Below, one piece after another: positions 46,308-57,600 of a stretch of 64,000 nucleotides of DNA. Origin of the DNA: Promethearchaeota archaeon (GTDB lineage Archaea; Asgardarchaeota; Thorarchaeia; Thorarchaeales; Thorarchaeaceae); assembly GCA_014728035.1 (NCBI GenBank), contig WJMJ01000071.1, forward strand, positions 96,001 to 160,000, given 5' to 3'. Position numbers and translations under genes: made by a program. The notes under the pieces are model-generated. The model saw only the letters and a program-made list of their open reading frames with translations, had not been told where the DNA came from and searched no databases. The stretch's first letter is position 1. Every line of letters begins with the position of its first letter.

Positions 46308-47888
46308 TTAATACTTGGATGGGGTTCCCCATCCCCCCCCTCCTGGGGTTTCGATTCTTATTTTTGTTCCTTTTAACGTTTTTATGCTTGTTTTTGCTTC
46401 TAATCGAAAGTGCTTTTCATCAAGACTCATTTGGTTGATTCCCGATTGTCCAGACATTCCTCCTTGCAATCCCCAAGGTTCTGAATGTCGTCTTTCTGAT
46501 TGGATTGATACTTCACAATCATTTGCAAGAATCTCAATCTCTCTGATTACTCCATCACCGCCTCTCCAACGTCCATCTCCTCCACTATTTTGTCGAATTT
46601 TGTATGTTATTACTCGTAATGGATATGCAATCTCTAAAGCTTCTATTGGAGTATTTAGCGTATTCGTCATATGAACTTGAATTCCATTGGCCCCATGAGA
46701 CCCTTTACACGCTCCTGAACCGCCCCCAATTGTTTCATAAAATGAAAAGGACCTACCAGTTCGATGGTCTATCCCACCGATTGTTAGATTATTCATTGTG
46801 CCCTGACTGGCAGCTGGTATCCTGTCTGGCATAATACTCGATAATGCTCCAAGGGTTACATCTGCTATTCGTTGGGATGTTTCTACATTTCCTGCTGATA
46901 CTGGGGCTGGATAACGAGGATTAAGTAGACAACCTTCAGGAACTCTGATGTCAAGTACACTCCAGCATCCTTCATTTGTGGGAATGTCTTTTCCTAAGAT
47001 TGAGATGAACACGTAGTAAACTGAAGACAAAGTGGAAGCGAGAGGGCAGTTGATATTTCCAATAACCTGTTTCGAGGTGCCAGCAAAATCAATTACAGCT
47101 GCTTGTTTTTCAAATTGTATTCCAATTTTTATTGGAATGTGCCAATGTCCTGTTCCATCACTGTCCATGAAATCAATGAATTGTGAAGTTTGCCCTTCAA
47201 AATTCGAGATTGCAATTTGCATCTTTTGTGTGGAATAATCTCTCAGTTCAGTGAATGTTCTTGTTATGGTTTCCCACTTGTGCCTTTGAGATATCTCATT
47301 AAGACGTCGAATTCCTACGTTGTTTGCTGCTACTTGCGCTGACAAGTCGCCCAATCTTTCATTTGGAGTCCGTGTAGCAGATAGTAGGTCTTCAATCGCT
47401 GACTGTCTTAGTTCTCCATTTTGAACAACAATCCTGGGTCTTATCAAAACACCTTCTTCTTCTATAGATATTGCCATACCAGGCATTGATCCCGGGCTTA
47501 CTCCTCCAACATCCGCGTGATGGGCTCTATTAGCTGTAAAAGCAACTCTTTCGCCTTTGTGAAATACAGGAGCTACCAGTGTTAAATCTGGCAAATGTGA
47601 CCCTCCACTATAGGGGTCATTAAGAAGGGCCATTGAATTCTCCTGCATCTCGTCCTCGATCTGCTCAATGCATGATTTCACAGACATGGGCATAGCTCCA
47701 AGATGAACTGGGATATCTTTTGATTGAGCAACAAGCCTTCCTTGTGAATCAAAAAGCGCACAGCTACAATCTCGCCTCTCCTTGATGTTTGGGCTAAAGG
47801 CAGTTCGCCTGAGAGCTTGACTCATCTCTCTGGAACAAGAAATCAACGAATTCTTAATCACTTCAAAAAGGATAGGGTCTTCTATCAT
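46308..47888 (-). CDS. hyuB: Hydantoinase B / 5-oxoprolinase beta subunit
   Basis: RTAFSPNIKERRDCSCA, IPVHLG, NDPYSGGSHLPD, HHADVGG..PGS, SQGTMNN, HMTNT, TPGGGGWG. Confidence 0.93.
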   Translation of the reverse strand: MIEDPILFEVIKNSLISCSREMSQALRRTAFSPNIKERRDCSCALFDSQGRLVAQSKDIPVHLGAMPMSVKSCIEQIEDEMQENSMALLNDPYSGGSHLPDLTLVAPVFHKGERVAFTANRAHHADVGGVSPGSMPGMAISIEEEGVLIRPRIVVQNGELRQSAIEDLLSATRTPNERLGDLSAQVAANNVGIRRLNEISQRHKWETITRTFTELRDYSTQKMQIAISNFEGQTSQFIDFMDSDGTGHWHIPIKIGIQFEKQAAVIDFAGTSKQVIGNINCPLASTLSSVYYVFISILGKDIPTNEGCWSVLDIRVPEGCLLNPRYPAPVSAGNVETSQRIADVTLGALSSIMPDRIPAASQGTMNNLTIGGIDHRTGRSFSFYETIGGGSGACKGSHGANGIQVHMTNTLNTPIEALEIAYPLRVITYKIRQNSGGDGRWRGGDGVIREIEILANDCEVSIQSERRHSEPWGLQGGMSGQSGINQMSLDEKHFRLEAKTSIKTLKGTKIRIETPGGGGWGTPSKY

Positions 47889-49924
47889 TTGGTTACCCTC
47901 CTAAGAAGTAGGATGTCATTTTCTTTTTGTATACCTTGCCAATCTGGTGGTATTGTAATTGTTGTGTCTAATTGCTCTATGATCGATGGTCCATGTACTA
48001 TCTGGTCTAATCCCAAATTGTTCCTGAGATATATCTTAGTTATATGCTTCTGCCCATCTGGCATAATCACAGGTCTTTCAGAAACATGTTCAGATATTTG
48101 TTTCTGCCTTTTGATTATTTTGTGCAAATCTGATTGCGGTGCATGTCCTACAACTCTTGCAGTAACCCACTCAACATCTCGGTTGGGCATCGTATATCCA
48201 AATTCAGCTTTGTGGAGATTCTCGAATGCAATCCGTGATTTCTTGATTAAATCAATACGTTTCTTTTGAACTTCAATAGAAAGTTCATGGGATTGACCAG
48301 CATATCTCATATCAATGCTAAATTCATATACTATAGTCTCAGGTGGGACGCCCTGTTGTACTAGTCGTTTCCTCGTTTCCTCTTGTAGGGCATCAAGTGT
48401 TTTCTGAAGTATTTTTTCACTATCTTGATTTCCAGTCAGCACTATTGATTTCATTGTATCAACACGAAAATCTGCAACTATCAAACCATATGCTGATGTG
48501 ATTCCCGGATGTGGCGGTATGAGAATTTGATTGATTCCTAGTGATTCTGCAATCTCACAAGCCTGTGTGGGGCCGGCGCCCCCGAAAGGGATGAGTATAA
48601 ATTTTCTGGGATCATGTCCTCTTTCAACTGTTACTTCTCGAATTGCCTGAACCATATTTGAAGTTGAAATCTTGATGATTCCCAAGGCTGTTTCTTCTAG
48701 ACTCATTGATAATGAATTGGCCAATTTTTCAATAGCTCTTCTGGAAGCTGCAACATCTAATGGAAATGTTCCTCCTAGAAAGTTATCTGGATTGAGTCTT
48801 CCTAAAATTAGATTGGCATCGGTTACAGTTGCATTTTGCCCTCCATATCCATATGCTGCTGGACCTGGCTCTGCACCCGCACTTTGTGGTCCTACATGAA
48901 GTACACCAACCTCATCAATCCATGCAATACTTCCACCTCCTGCACCAATTGTTTTGACATCTACTGCTGGCACTCGTATTGGAAGTCCGTCTACATCATT
49001 ATCGGGACGAACGATTATTTTTTCCACAACTGCACTAATGTCACAGGATGTCCCTCCCATGTCTAAAGTGATTGCTTTTGATAATTCTCTCTCTCTTGCT
49101 ATTTCCCAACCCCCTATCACTCCTCCAGCAAGACCTGAAATTGCCAGACCTATTGTTCTACCTTCAGTTTCAGAACATAATATTGTTCCTCCATTAGACT
49201 GCATGAGAGTTAATTTTGCATTTGGACAAAGTTGCTTTATCGATTTGTCTAGTCTTTGTAAGTATGTTAAAACAAGTGGACCTAGATATGCTTCAAGTAC
49301 TGTTGTAGAGCTTCTTTCATACTCTCGAAATTCTGGCAAGACCTTGGAAGATGCAACGGTATATTTGCCTGTTCGCTTAGAAATTGCTTCAAAAAGTCGG
49401 TTTTCATGGTCTGCATTCTTATATGAGAAGAGTAAAGAAATTGCAATAGAGTCTGAATCGATATGTTGAATTTTAGAAATTGTTTTGTCTATCTCTTCAT
49501 CAGTTAGAACTTCTATTGGATTTCCTTCAGCATCAATTCGTTCGCTAATCCCAATTCTCCAGTTTCTTTTTACAAGTGGTGTTGGTCGACTTGCCGTGAT
49601 ATCATAGATGTCTTGTCGATTTTGACGTCCGATTTCTAATACATCTTCTAATCCCTTTGTAGTAACAAGACACACTTTTGCTCCATTTCTCTCAAGCATT
49701 GCGTTAGTAGCTACTGTGGTTCCATGTACAACAAGATCCACATTTTCTGGCTTGATATCTTGCTGTTTCAATATCTCCTTAATTCCCTCGATAACAGCAA
49801 TGTCTTGAGAATCTGGTGTTGATGGTGTTTTGTGTACTGTAATTATTTTGTTTTCAGAGTCAAAGAGGATGATATCTGTGAAAGTTCCACCTACGTCTAC
49901 ACCAATTGTTATCATAGCTACCAA
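47885..49924 (-). CDS. hyuA: Hydantoinase A / 5-oxoprolinase alpha subunit
   Basis: GVDVGGTFTD, HGTTVATN, PEFREYER, DMGGTSCD, IGAGGGSI, GPQSAGAEPGP, FGGAGP. 4-nt overlap with hyuB. Confidence 0.93.
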   Translation of the reverse strand: MVAMITIGVDVGGTFTDIILFDSENKIITVHKTPSTPDSQDIAVIEGIKEILKQQDIKPENVDLVVHGTTVATNAMLERNGAKVCLVTTKGLEDVLEIGRQNRQDIYDITASRPTPLVKRNWRIGISERIDAEGNPIEVLTDEEIDKTISKIQHIDSDSIAISLLFSYKNADHENRLFEAISKRTGKYTVASSKVLPEFREYERSSTTVLEAYLGPLVLTYLQRLDKSIKQLCPNAKLTLMQSNGGTILCSETEGRTIGLAISGLAGGVIGGWEIARERELSKAITLDMGGTSCDISAVVEKIIVRPDNDVDGLPIRVPAVDVKTIGAGGGSIAWIDEVGVLHVGPQSAGAEPGPAAYGYGGQNATVTDANLILGRLNPDNFLGGTFPLDVAASRRAIEKLANSLSMSLEETALGIIKISTSNMVQAIREVTVERGHDPRKFILIPFGGAGPTQACEIAESLGINQILIPPHPGITSAYGLIVADFRVDTMKSIVLTGNQDSEKILQKTLDALQEETRKRLVQQGVPPETIVYEFSIDMRYAGQSHELSIEVQKKRIDLIKKSRIAFENLHKAEFGYTMPNRDVEWVTARVVGHAPQSDLHKIIKRQKQISEHVSERPVIMPDGQKHITKIYLRNNLGLDQIVHGPSIIEQLDTTITIPPDWQGIQKENDILLLRRVTK

Positions 49925-49965
49925 TTCTAAGATTTGATAGTGCCATATGAAAACTTTCTCTTATA

Positions 49966-50865
49966 TTAGACAGAAAATTCAAGTTTTGTTCCCACACGTA
50001 CTTGTTCGTATTCTTCACTGAAACGATTTAGAAGTAAACATTTTCCTTTTATCCCAGTGCAATGAGCCGGAGCAATGGTTTTAATTTTCGCTTCTTTGAG
50101 TCTATAGCAGGTCTTATCCAGACGCTCTTGAGAAGCCCCTCTAAGATGTAATCCTCCAACAACTGCTCTAATATCCGAAATACCAGTCAATTGAACTGTG
50201 TGATTTATTGTATTAACCAGTCCTGCATGACAACATCCTGTGAGTAGTACTAATGAATCATCACTCATTCGGAATACAAGGGATAAATCATCAAGGATTT
50301 CATCCACTACCTCTTCTCCATCAACTATAGTTATTGCCTTTTTTAGTTTGCCAACTTTCTTCTCGAATGATGTTTGAAGGGGGATCTCGCCAGTTGTGGA
50401 AACCGCATTGGATATCTTGAATGGATCCTTTGTTGTAATAACTGAATACAAACTCTCAATCATTTCAGTTGAAAAATAAGATTGAATGCCTATATCTTGG
50501 GTTCTTTTCTTTGTTCTAAGCAACTTTGGTGCTAGTGCATGTGGATGGCATATCAATGGCACTTTTCTCTCGATTTGTTCAGCAACATAAGGTAATCCTG
50601 CAACATGGTCCCAGTGACCATGACTAATGACAACATAATCAACATCATCAAGATCGACTTTTAGAGCTTCAATGTTATTTGCAAGTCCTTCTGGGTCACT
50701 GGAGCAGTCAAACAGAATTTGTATTTCCTCATCGCTGGAATGAAGAGCTTTCACAAAAACAGAAAAACCTGGTAGACCAACTAACCTATCACTGTCTACG
50801 ACATTATCTGATAGGATTCTGAACTCAAGTTCTTTTACTGCATTCATTTTCTTCACATTTCCCAA
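49966..50865 (-). CDS. MBL-fold protein, COG1237 / MJ0301-like (family linked to methanopterin biosynthesis)
   Basis: ILSDN, ILFD, ISHGHWDHVAGL, HP.A, TGEIP, TGCCHAG, GGLHL, PAHCTG. Confidence 0.85.
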   Translation of the reverse strand: MGNVKKMNAVKELEFRILSDNVVDSDRLVGLPGFSVFVKALHSSDEEIQILFDCSSDPEGLANNIEALKVDLDDVDYVVISHGHWDHVAGLPYVAEQIERKVPLICHPHALAPKLLRTKKRTQDIGIQSYFSTEMIESLYSVITTKDPFKISNAVSTTGEIPLQTSFEKKVGKLKKAITIVDGEEVVDEILDDLSLVFRMSDDSLVLLTGCCHAGLVNTINHTVQLTGISDIRAVVGGLHLRGASQERLDKTCYRLKEAKIKTIAPAHCTGIKGKCLLLNRFSEEYEQVRVGTKLEFSV

Positions 50866-51836
50866 CTTTCGTTAGTTTTCCAGTAGTAATAGAGTTGAGG
50901 GTTTTGTAACAAGAAACCTACTTTTTCATAGAGATTTCTTGCCATTGTGTTATCTCGATCTAACTCAAGAGAAACTTTGTAGATTTCTTCTTTAGACAAT
51001 GCTTGGAGTGTTTGTAAGAGAAGTAATTTTCCTAATCCTCTGCCTTGTTCTTTGGGAGCAATTCCAAAAGGACCAATTTCAGCTTGACCATCTTCCATAC
51101 GTACGACAGAATATCCAATTATTTCGTTATCTTTTGTCATAATTAGAGATGCTTCTTCAATGAAATCTCTCTCTTTACTTATCCAATAATTGATACATGT
51201 TTTCTGCTGTTTGTCGCTAAGACTAAGAAATAGTCGATCTGGACTAGTTTGGAATGAGATTTCTACACATTTTCTAATCTTATCTTCTGATACATCTGTA
51301 TACTTTTGAATATCTATTTCATCAGGGAGATTTATTTTTTCAAGAGAAATCTTTTTGATATCAAGCATCATTTTAATCTCCTCAGATGCCAATTTGAAGC
51401 CAGAATTTGAATAGATACCTATTAACTCCTCAAGAAGTGGTTTTTTTTCTTCAGTGATACCTGAGAACATGACTTCTAATCTTTCAATATTTCTCTTTCT
51501 TGCCAATTCCTTTGCATTCTCAATCAAGCTCATTGCAATCTCTAACTTATCATCTGTATCTTTTACGATAGGATGCCAGGGAGAGATAAAAGCCATTGAT
51601 TCAAAACCTGTAAACATTGACATGAATCCCACCACGTTTCCATCTTTTCCACGTGCGATTATTTGTACATATTCTTCATTTTCTACAGAGGCTCTTAGTT
51701 GTTCCACTATATCCTTGTAGTCAATTTCCGACTCATAGTACCCCCTTTGATATTTCACAATAAAATTGGCTATTTTTGGTATCTCTTCTTCCAAGATACT
51801 TCCTGTTTGAAAGTATACATGTTGGGGGCCTAACAT
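50853..51836 (-). CDS. Tandem GNAT acetyltransferase
   Basis: GIAPKEQGRGLGKLLL, N..ARNLYEKVGF; a degenerate N-terminal GNAT copy is present. Confidence 0.85.
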   Translation of the reverse strand: MLGPQHVYFQTGSILEEEIPKIANFIVKYQRGYYESEIDYKDIVEQLRASVENEEYVQIIARGKDGNVVGFMSMFTGFESMAFISPWHPIVKDTDDKLEIAMSLIENAKELARKRNIERLEVMFSGITEEKKPLLEELIGIYSNSGFKLASEEIKMMLDIKKISLEKINLPDEIDIQKYTDVSEDKIRKCVEISFQTSPDRLFLSLSDKQQKTCINYWISKERDFIEEASLIMTKDNEIIGYSVVRMEDGQAEIGPFGIAPKEQGRGLGKLLLLQTLQALSKEEIYKVSLELDRDNTMARNLYEKVGFLLQNPQLYYYWKTNESWEM

Positions 51837-51968
51837 TCTTGATTTCTCCCAGATAATACGAAACATGTTCTTTGAAAAGTATATTGTCGAAAGTAACATA
51901 TTGGCAATAACTAGTGCAATGAATTGCCTTATTACTCCTATATCTACGTTTCAGTGAGATGTTTCATC

Positions 51969-53162
51969 ATGAAACCTGGATATTCAGCTGTATTGGTTCG
52001 CTACGGTGAGATTGGAATCAAATCAAAACAGACTCGCAAACGAATGACGGCTCTTCTTGCTCGGAATATTTCTTCTGCTATCAATGAACAGAAATTACCT
52101 CTTGAAAAAGTAAGACGAACATGGGGTAGAATCTTTATTGAAACATCTGAACCAGAAAAAGTAGCTGAGTTGGTTTCTAGAGTATTTGGTGTGGTTTCAT
52201 GTTCTCCAGTGGTAGTGGTTACCTCCGAATTAGAAACTATGATTAAAACAGGATTCGAGCTGGCGAAACACGAATTCGATAAAGGCAAGTCATTCGCCGT
52301 TGGTGCACGTCGAGTAGGTGAACATACATTCTCAAGCCAAGATATTCGAGAACAACTTGGAGCGAAAATTCTGCATGAACTTCCTGAGCTTGATTTGAAT
52401 GTAAATCTATCAGAACCAGAACAGTCTGTATACGTTGAAGTTCGAAATGACACTGCATATATATTCTTGAGAACTATTGATGGTGTTGGTGGAATGCCCA
52501 CTGGCACACAGGGAAAGGTTGTCTGTACTGTTTCTACTGGACTCGATTCTCCCATAGCGGCGTTTAAAGTTATGAAACGTGGTTGTGTACCTGTATTCGT
52601 ATATTTTGATAACACTCCCTATGCTCAGGATGGATGTACTGCTTTAGCGATAAGACAAGCACAGTTACTTGCAGACTATATCTATGGATTTGAAGTGAAA
52701 TTGTATATAATTCCCCACGGTCCAGATCTTGATATGATTAAGAGCTGTGGTATTGAGAGGGCAACATGTATCCATTGTAAAAGAAACATGTTACGATTAG
52801 CCCGTGAAGTTGCGATTCTTGAAAATGCAGATGCTATTGTTACTGGAGAAATCCTTGGTGAGCAAGCATCTCAGACATCACAAAACCTTAGAGTGATAAG
52901 CTCCGTGGTCTGTGATTTTCCTATACTACGTCCTTGTGTTGGTGATGATAAGGTAGAAATACAAGAGATGGCGATAAAGATAGGAACCTATCAGTTTGCA
53001 AAAGAAGGACTCTCGTGTTGTTCTCTAGCACCAAGTTACCCTCTGCTGCATGCACAACAAAATAAGATTGAATCATCGGAAAAAGAAATGGATTTCTCAG
53101 TGATTGAAGAAGAAGTTAAAGCTGCACGTGTCGAGGTACTCAGACGGGGTCGTATTATATGA
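51969..53162 (+). CDS. thiI: tRNA 4-thiouridine synthase ThiI (THUMP + PP-loop, CxxC type)
   Basis: VRYGEIGIKS, WGRIF, VFGV, VNLSEP, GVGGMPTGTQGK, STGLDSP, CIHCKR, TGE.LGEQASQT, PILRP. Confidence 0.93.
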   Translation: MKPGYSAVLVRYGEIGIKSKQTRKRMTALLARNISSAINEQKLPLEKVRRTWGRIFIETSEPEKVAELVSRVFGVVSCSPVVVVTSELETMIKTGFELAKHEFDKGKSFAVGARRVGEHTFSSQDIREQLGAKILHELPELDLNVNLSEPEQSVYVEVRNDTAYIFLRTIDGVGGMPTGTQGKVVCTVSTGLDSPIAAFKVMKRGCVPVFVYFDNTPYAQDGCTALAIRQAQLLADYIYGFEVKLYIIPHGPDLDMIKSCGIERATCIHCKRNMLRLAREVAILENADAIVTGEILGEQASQTSQNLRVISSVVCDFPILRPCVGDDKVEIQEMAIKIGTYQFAKEGLSCCSLAPSYPLLHAQQNKIESSEKEMDFSVIEEEVKAARVEVLRRGRII

Positions 53163-53301
53163 CTTGTATTTCACTATTATGGGTTTTGACTAGTACTCAT
53201 TGGTTAAAAATGATATTTATTGATTTACAAGCCTTTAAATAGAAGAACTATAAAAATAAGGCTTATACGTACTCTAATAGATTAACGAGGAGAAATGCAT
53301 T

Positions 53302-53538
53302 ATGCCACGTTCAAGAAAAGACAGAATTCTTCCTGTTGCCCCAGTAGACCGTTTAATTAGAAGTGCTGGTGCAGGACGAGTTAGCGATAAAGGTGCAGAA
53401 CGACTAGCACAGATTTTGGAAGAGGTTGGACAATATTTAGCAAAGCGGGCCTATGAGCTTACAACACACGCTGATAGAAAAACCATAACCGATAAGGATA
53501 TTGAGCTTGCATATAAACAGTGGAGTAAATCCCTCTAA
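53302..53538 (+). CDS. Archaeal histone (HMf-like)
   Basis: LPVAPVDRLIRSAGAGRVS..A..L...LEE...LAKRA.EL..HADRKTI...DIELA. GAGGAG SD. Confidence 0.95.
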   Translation: MPRSRKDRILPVAPVDRLIRSAGAGRVSDKGAERLAQILEEVGQYLAKRAYELTTHADRKTITDKDIELAYKQWSKSL

Positions 53539-53605
53539 TCAAACATGGCGGCTGTACTCATCTTCCTAAGATGCGTATATATACCTCATCAGGTGTTGGA
53601 AGAAT

Positions 53606-54295
53606 ATGGTTAAGACAGTGAATAGTGTATCCAATTATAATATTCTGCTGTCTATCCATGACGTTTCTCCAATCTATGAGGATGCGATTATATCACTATA
53701 TGATAGCTTATCAGATATTGGGATTTCCAGCTTTACTCTGTTGATCCCTCCATTCTATCAGCTAAAAGGCTCTAATGTATTTGAAGAAAAGGACATCTTT
53801 GTAGATTATTTACGATCACTTGACTTGGAAATCTCTTTACATGGATATTCTCACACAACAAAGTCTGGTGGATTAGATGAGTTCAAGAAGCTCACTGCTA
53901 AAAGGTCTGCTTCTCGTCTGAAATCTGGCATCGCCATGATTCGGAGAGCTTTTGGCATTAGACCCTTCGGATTCATACCTCCAGCTTGGCAAGCAACTAA
54001 AACCGTATTGAACCAAGTAAAAGATGTTGGACTCAAATATTGTGTTATTGGAAACAATATCCATGATTTTAAAAGTATGAAGGTCTTCTCAACAGCAGAC
54101 TATGTCATAAGCCAAGGTGATGGGAATACATCCTTTTCAGATATTATGCTAGAATTAGAGCTTGGAGGGCCTCTTCAGATATCAATTCACCCTCTTGACT
54201 TCAAGTCTAGCTATATTTTTGTAGCTCTCAGAGATGCGCTTGATAGATTAGATTACACTATTTGTGGATATCGCGACTATTTGCGAAAAATATAA
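53606..54295 (+). CDS. DUF2334 / polysaccharide deacetylase-family protein
   Basis: SIHDVSP, SLHGYSH, EF, GFIPPAW, SIHP.D. Confidence 0.8.
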   Translation: MVKTVNSVSNYNILLSIHDVSPIYEDAIISLYDSLSDIGISSFTLLIPPFYQLKGSNVFEEKDIFVDYLRSLDLEISLHGYSHTTKSGGLDEFKKLTAKRSASRLKSGIAMIRRAFGIRPFGFIPPAWQATKTVLNQVKDVGLKYCVIGNNIHDFKSMKVFSTADYVISQGDGNTSFSDIMLELELGGPLQISIHPLDFKSSYIFVALRDALDRLDYTICGYRDYLRKI

Positions 54296-54640
54296 CCTTT
54301 TTTCCTCTCTAGTAGATTCATTCGCTTATTCATCCAACGTAAGTATATGAATAAGTTTGTAAGCACATTATGACAGCAAACATAGAGACAATTTGATACT
54401 CTGAAAGACCTATCAATCCGGCTTGAGGGGATTGTTGGAAATTGAATGGATGTGAATGATGTAGTTATTCATAATAACCTTCGTGCGAAAAATCGAAATG
54501 ATTGACTAGCTATCGAATCGATTCATCAGCCAATCATTGTTATGGGTCGGGAGAATTGTTCTCACAGAATAGATGAAATGAATTTAGGTTCATTCTATTC
54601 CTTGACGAGTATCAATCTTAGATTCGGAGGAAAACGAAAC

Positions 54641-57600
54641 ATGAGGAGAGCAAGTCTTGTTGGACTTCTTATTATGCTGATATTTGTAATTCCAGTTCCT
54701 AGTATTACTACTCCAGCTGGCACTAATTATTCCGAGTCAAAAACCATTCAAGGTACTGACTCATGGTCTGTTGCAGATACAACCTTTACAACTGGCACAG
54801 GTATGCCACTTTCATATTCAATGATTGGGACCGCTACAAACACGTATGACGGTTCTATGATCATTGATTCTACAAGTCCTAGTACTACCACCGTATCATT
54901 GGATGATGGCTGGACTGGTTCTGGTCTTGAAACAACCGTTGATACTATGGTGATTACAGATAGTGATCAGCTCCTCAATGGTGATATGAATTCCTACCAC
55001 ACCGAGAAATTCCTTGGTACCAGCTTTAATTCTGAAGATGTTCTCATCCCCGATAATTGGGCACTCACTAAAACAGATAATTCAGGAACTGGTCATCCTC
55101 ATCATGGTGTATTTGAGTTCAATAGCTTTTCTAGTTCAGGATATGAAAGCACTCAAGGATTCCGGTTCGATGCGAATTGGGGTGCAAGTACAAGTCTCTC
55201 CTCGACTGATAGTATCTACATCGGTCAGATGATATCTGCACCTTATCGTGAACTTGTTTCTGCTGAAGTTCAATTCTACTATAGAGTTGACTCCGTTTCT
55301 GACTTGAATGACCAAGTTTACCTTGTCCTACGTTTTGGTAATTATGAATATGAGCTTCATGCTTTTGCTTCAGGTTCAACAACCGATACTTGGTTATCAG
55401 CTACAGTACCAATTCCAATTTCAACAATAGATGCAATTTCTCTCCCTGATTCTATTCTATTGGAAATTGGACTTGCGACAGATCTTTCAGGCTCTCAAGC
55501 ATCTGCTCGAGATGCTTATGTATATGTTGATAGTATCTCCGTTGATTTGGATGTTCGTCCGTTCCCAGAACAAGTAGGTCTTACTGTAAATGGCACTGAT
55601 GTTGTTGGTTCCGAGATGTATAGTATCTCACCTTTCTTACCAGACGGTGAGAATCGTGATGGTTACGATCCTGATGGTTCAGGATTCGATTTAGACGGTT
55701 ATAACAATGATGCAGTCTTATCTGTTGGAACTTGGGGAACCTCATGGAGCGACACTAGTCCGTACCAGATTGGCTTACAGTTTCCATTGAATATACCTTC
55801 AGGTGCAGCAATTACCCAAGCCTATATTGAAGTGGAATCTGCTGGAGTTGGTACAATGAGCGATATGCGGCTTTATCTTGCAAGTCGTGATAGTTCATTA
55901 AATGATATATCCGCTTTTACGAATGGTGGTGCCCAACTTGAGGATAGGCTGACCTTTATCGATACTAGCGTAGACTGGTCTCCTTCAGCTTGGAGTTATG
56001 GAGAAAGGTATTACTCTCCTGATTTTTCTGCTCTTCTTCAAAAGGGTATCAATGAGAATGGTTGGAATGCTGGAGACCATGTCGCAATTATGCTAGATTT
56101 CATGTATGCATCATCATATCAGTCATACAACGACATCAAGGGCTCATATGGATCATTCTTTGATGCTCATGAACTGGCAAGGATATACGTAGAGTATATC
56201 ATTCCAAATGCTGAGGATACCGTTGCAAATCTTGCTTACAAAAAAGACATTACAATTAATTCAGCTCGAGTAGCTGCGACTCTAACTGACTTCCCAGTCC
56301 TAGTTGATATTTACGACTCGGACCTGAAAACCGATGCACAGAAGGATGGCGATGATATTGCCTTCGTTCAAAATGGTGTTCAACTAGCTCACGAAATCGA
56401 ATATTATGATCACTACTACAATTCAACCCATGCTCATCTTATCGCTTGGGTTAATGTTCCAACTCTATCTGGCTCATCTGATACTATTATTGAGATGCAT
56501 TATGGAGACTCCGAGGTTGGAAATCTTCAGAATGCTGCAGGGGTTTGGAATACAGGATACGAGTCCGTCTGGCATATGAACAATAACTTGACTGCTGGAC
56601 AACTTATCGATAGTACTGAGAACAACTATGATGGTGTATCATTTGACATGGCTGCAAGAAACGTGACAGATGGGCAGATTGATGGTGCTTACGAATTTGC
56701 TGGTAGCAGTGAACGTGCAATCGTTGGTCAAATGGATACTGATTCATGGGGTGCGATTACCCTGGAGAGTTGGTTTTATCTTGATACGGATGGCGATTAC
56801 AGAATTATATCAAAAGAGGTTGGCACAGGTGGAGGACCTCACATCTTTATGATTGGTGTGGATAACACTCAAACACTTAAAGTCAGAATCTATACGGATG
56901 GAGGCAATACCGACTGGAACTCGCCTGATGATGCTATTAGTCTGAGCACATGGCATCATTTGGTAGTAACATTTGACCAATCCCTTTCTTCAAATGAAGT
57001 TCGAGTCTATCTTGATGGTTCTTACTACTACGGGGAAGGAAACAGCGGTTCAACTTTTGATGACTCAAATACAGAAGTAACAATTGGGGACAATAGTGAG
57101 GGTACTCGGAGTTTTGATGGAATAATTGACGAAGTAAGGATATCAAATACCGCAAGGTCATCCAATTGGATTCTCACCCAATTCCGAAATCAAGACAGCC
57201 CTAATTCATTTCTCTCTGTTGGCTCGGAACAGACCAACAAGGATAGCTATGGAAGTACTGAGACTGCATCTCTGGAATTTGCTACATCTTCTACAGACCC
57301 GGTTTCACTGGAAACTACTGCTTCTCTAACTATTTCTGGGAGCGGACAGAGTCTAGATGAAAATATGAACACCGGAACCACTTTTGTTGTGGACAATGGT
57401 ACAGAATATGTGAATTGGACTGCTAATGTCCTGATTTCTCCCCCACCAAATGCAGCTTCTATGAACGCCTACATAGACTATCCTCAGACTGAATGGAAAC
57501 CTACTTCGGTCACTAACCCCGTAGGGCAATCCAAGACGTACGGAACCGATTGGACTTATACTGGTGGCAAACTTACGATATTTGCTGATGCAGTGGATAT

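Noticed and set aside
53302-53538. Histone with a eukaryote-like N-terminal tail
   Set aside because: The extension is only about 7 residues (MPRSRKDR), not a real tail; it is otherwise an ordinary HMf-type histone.
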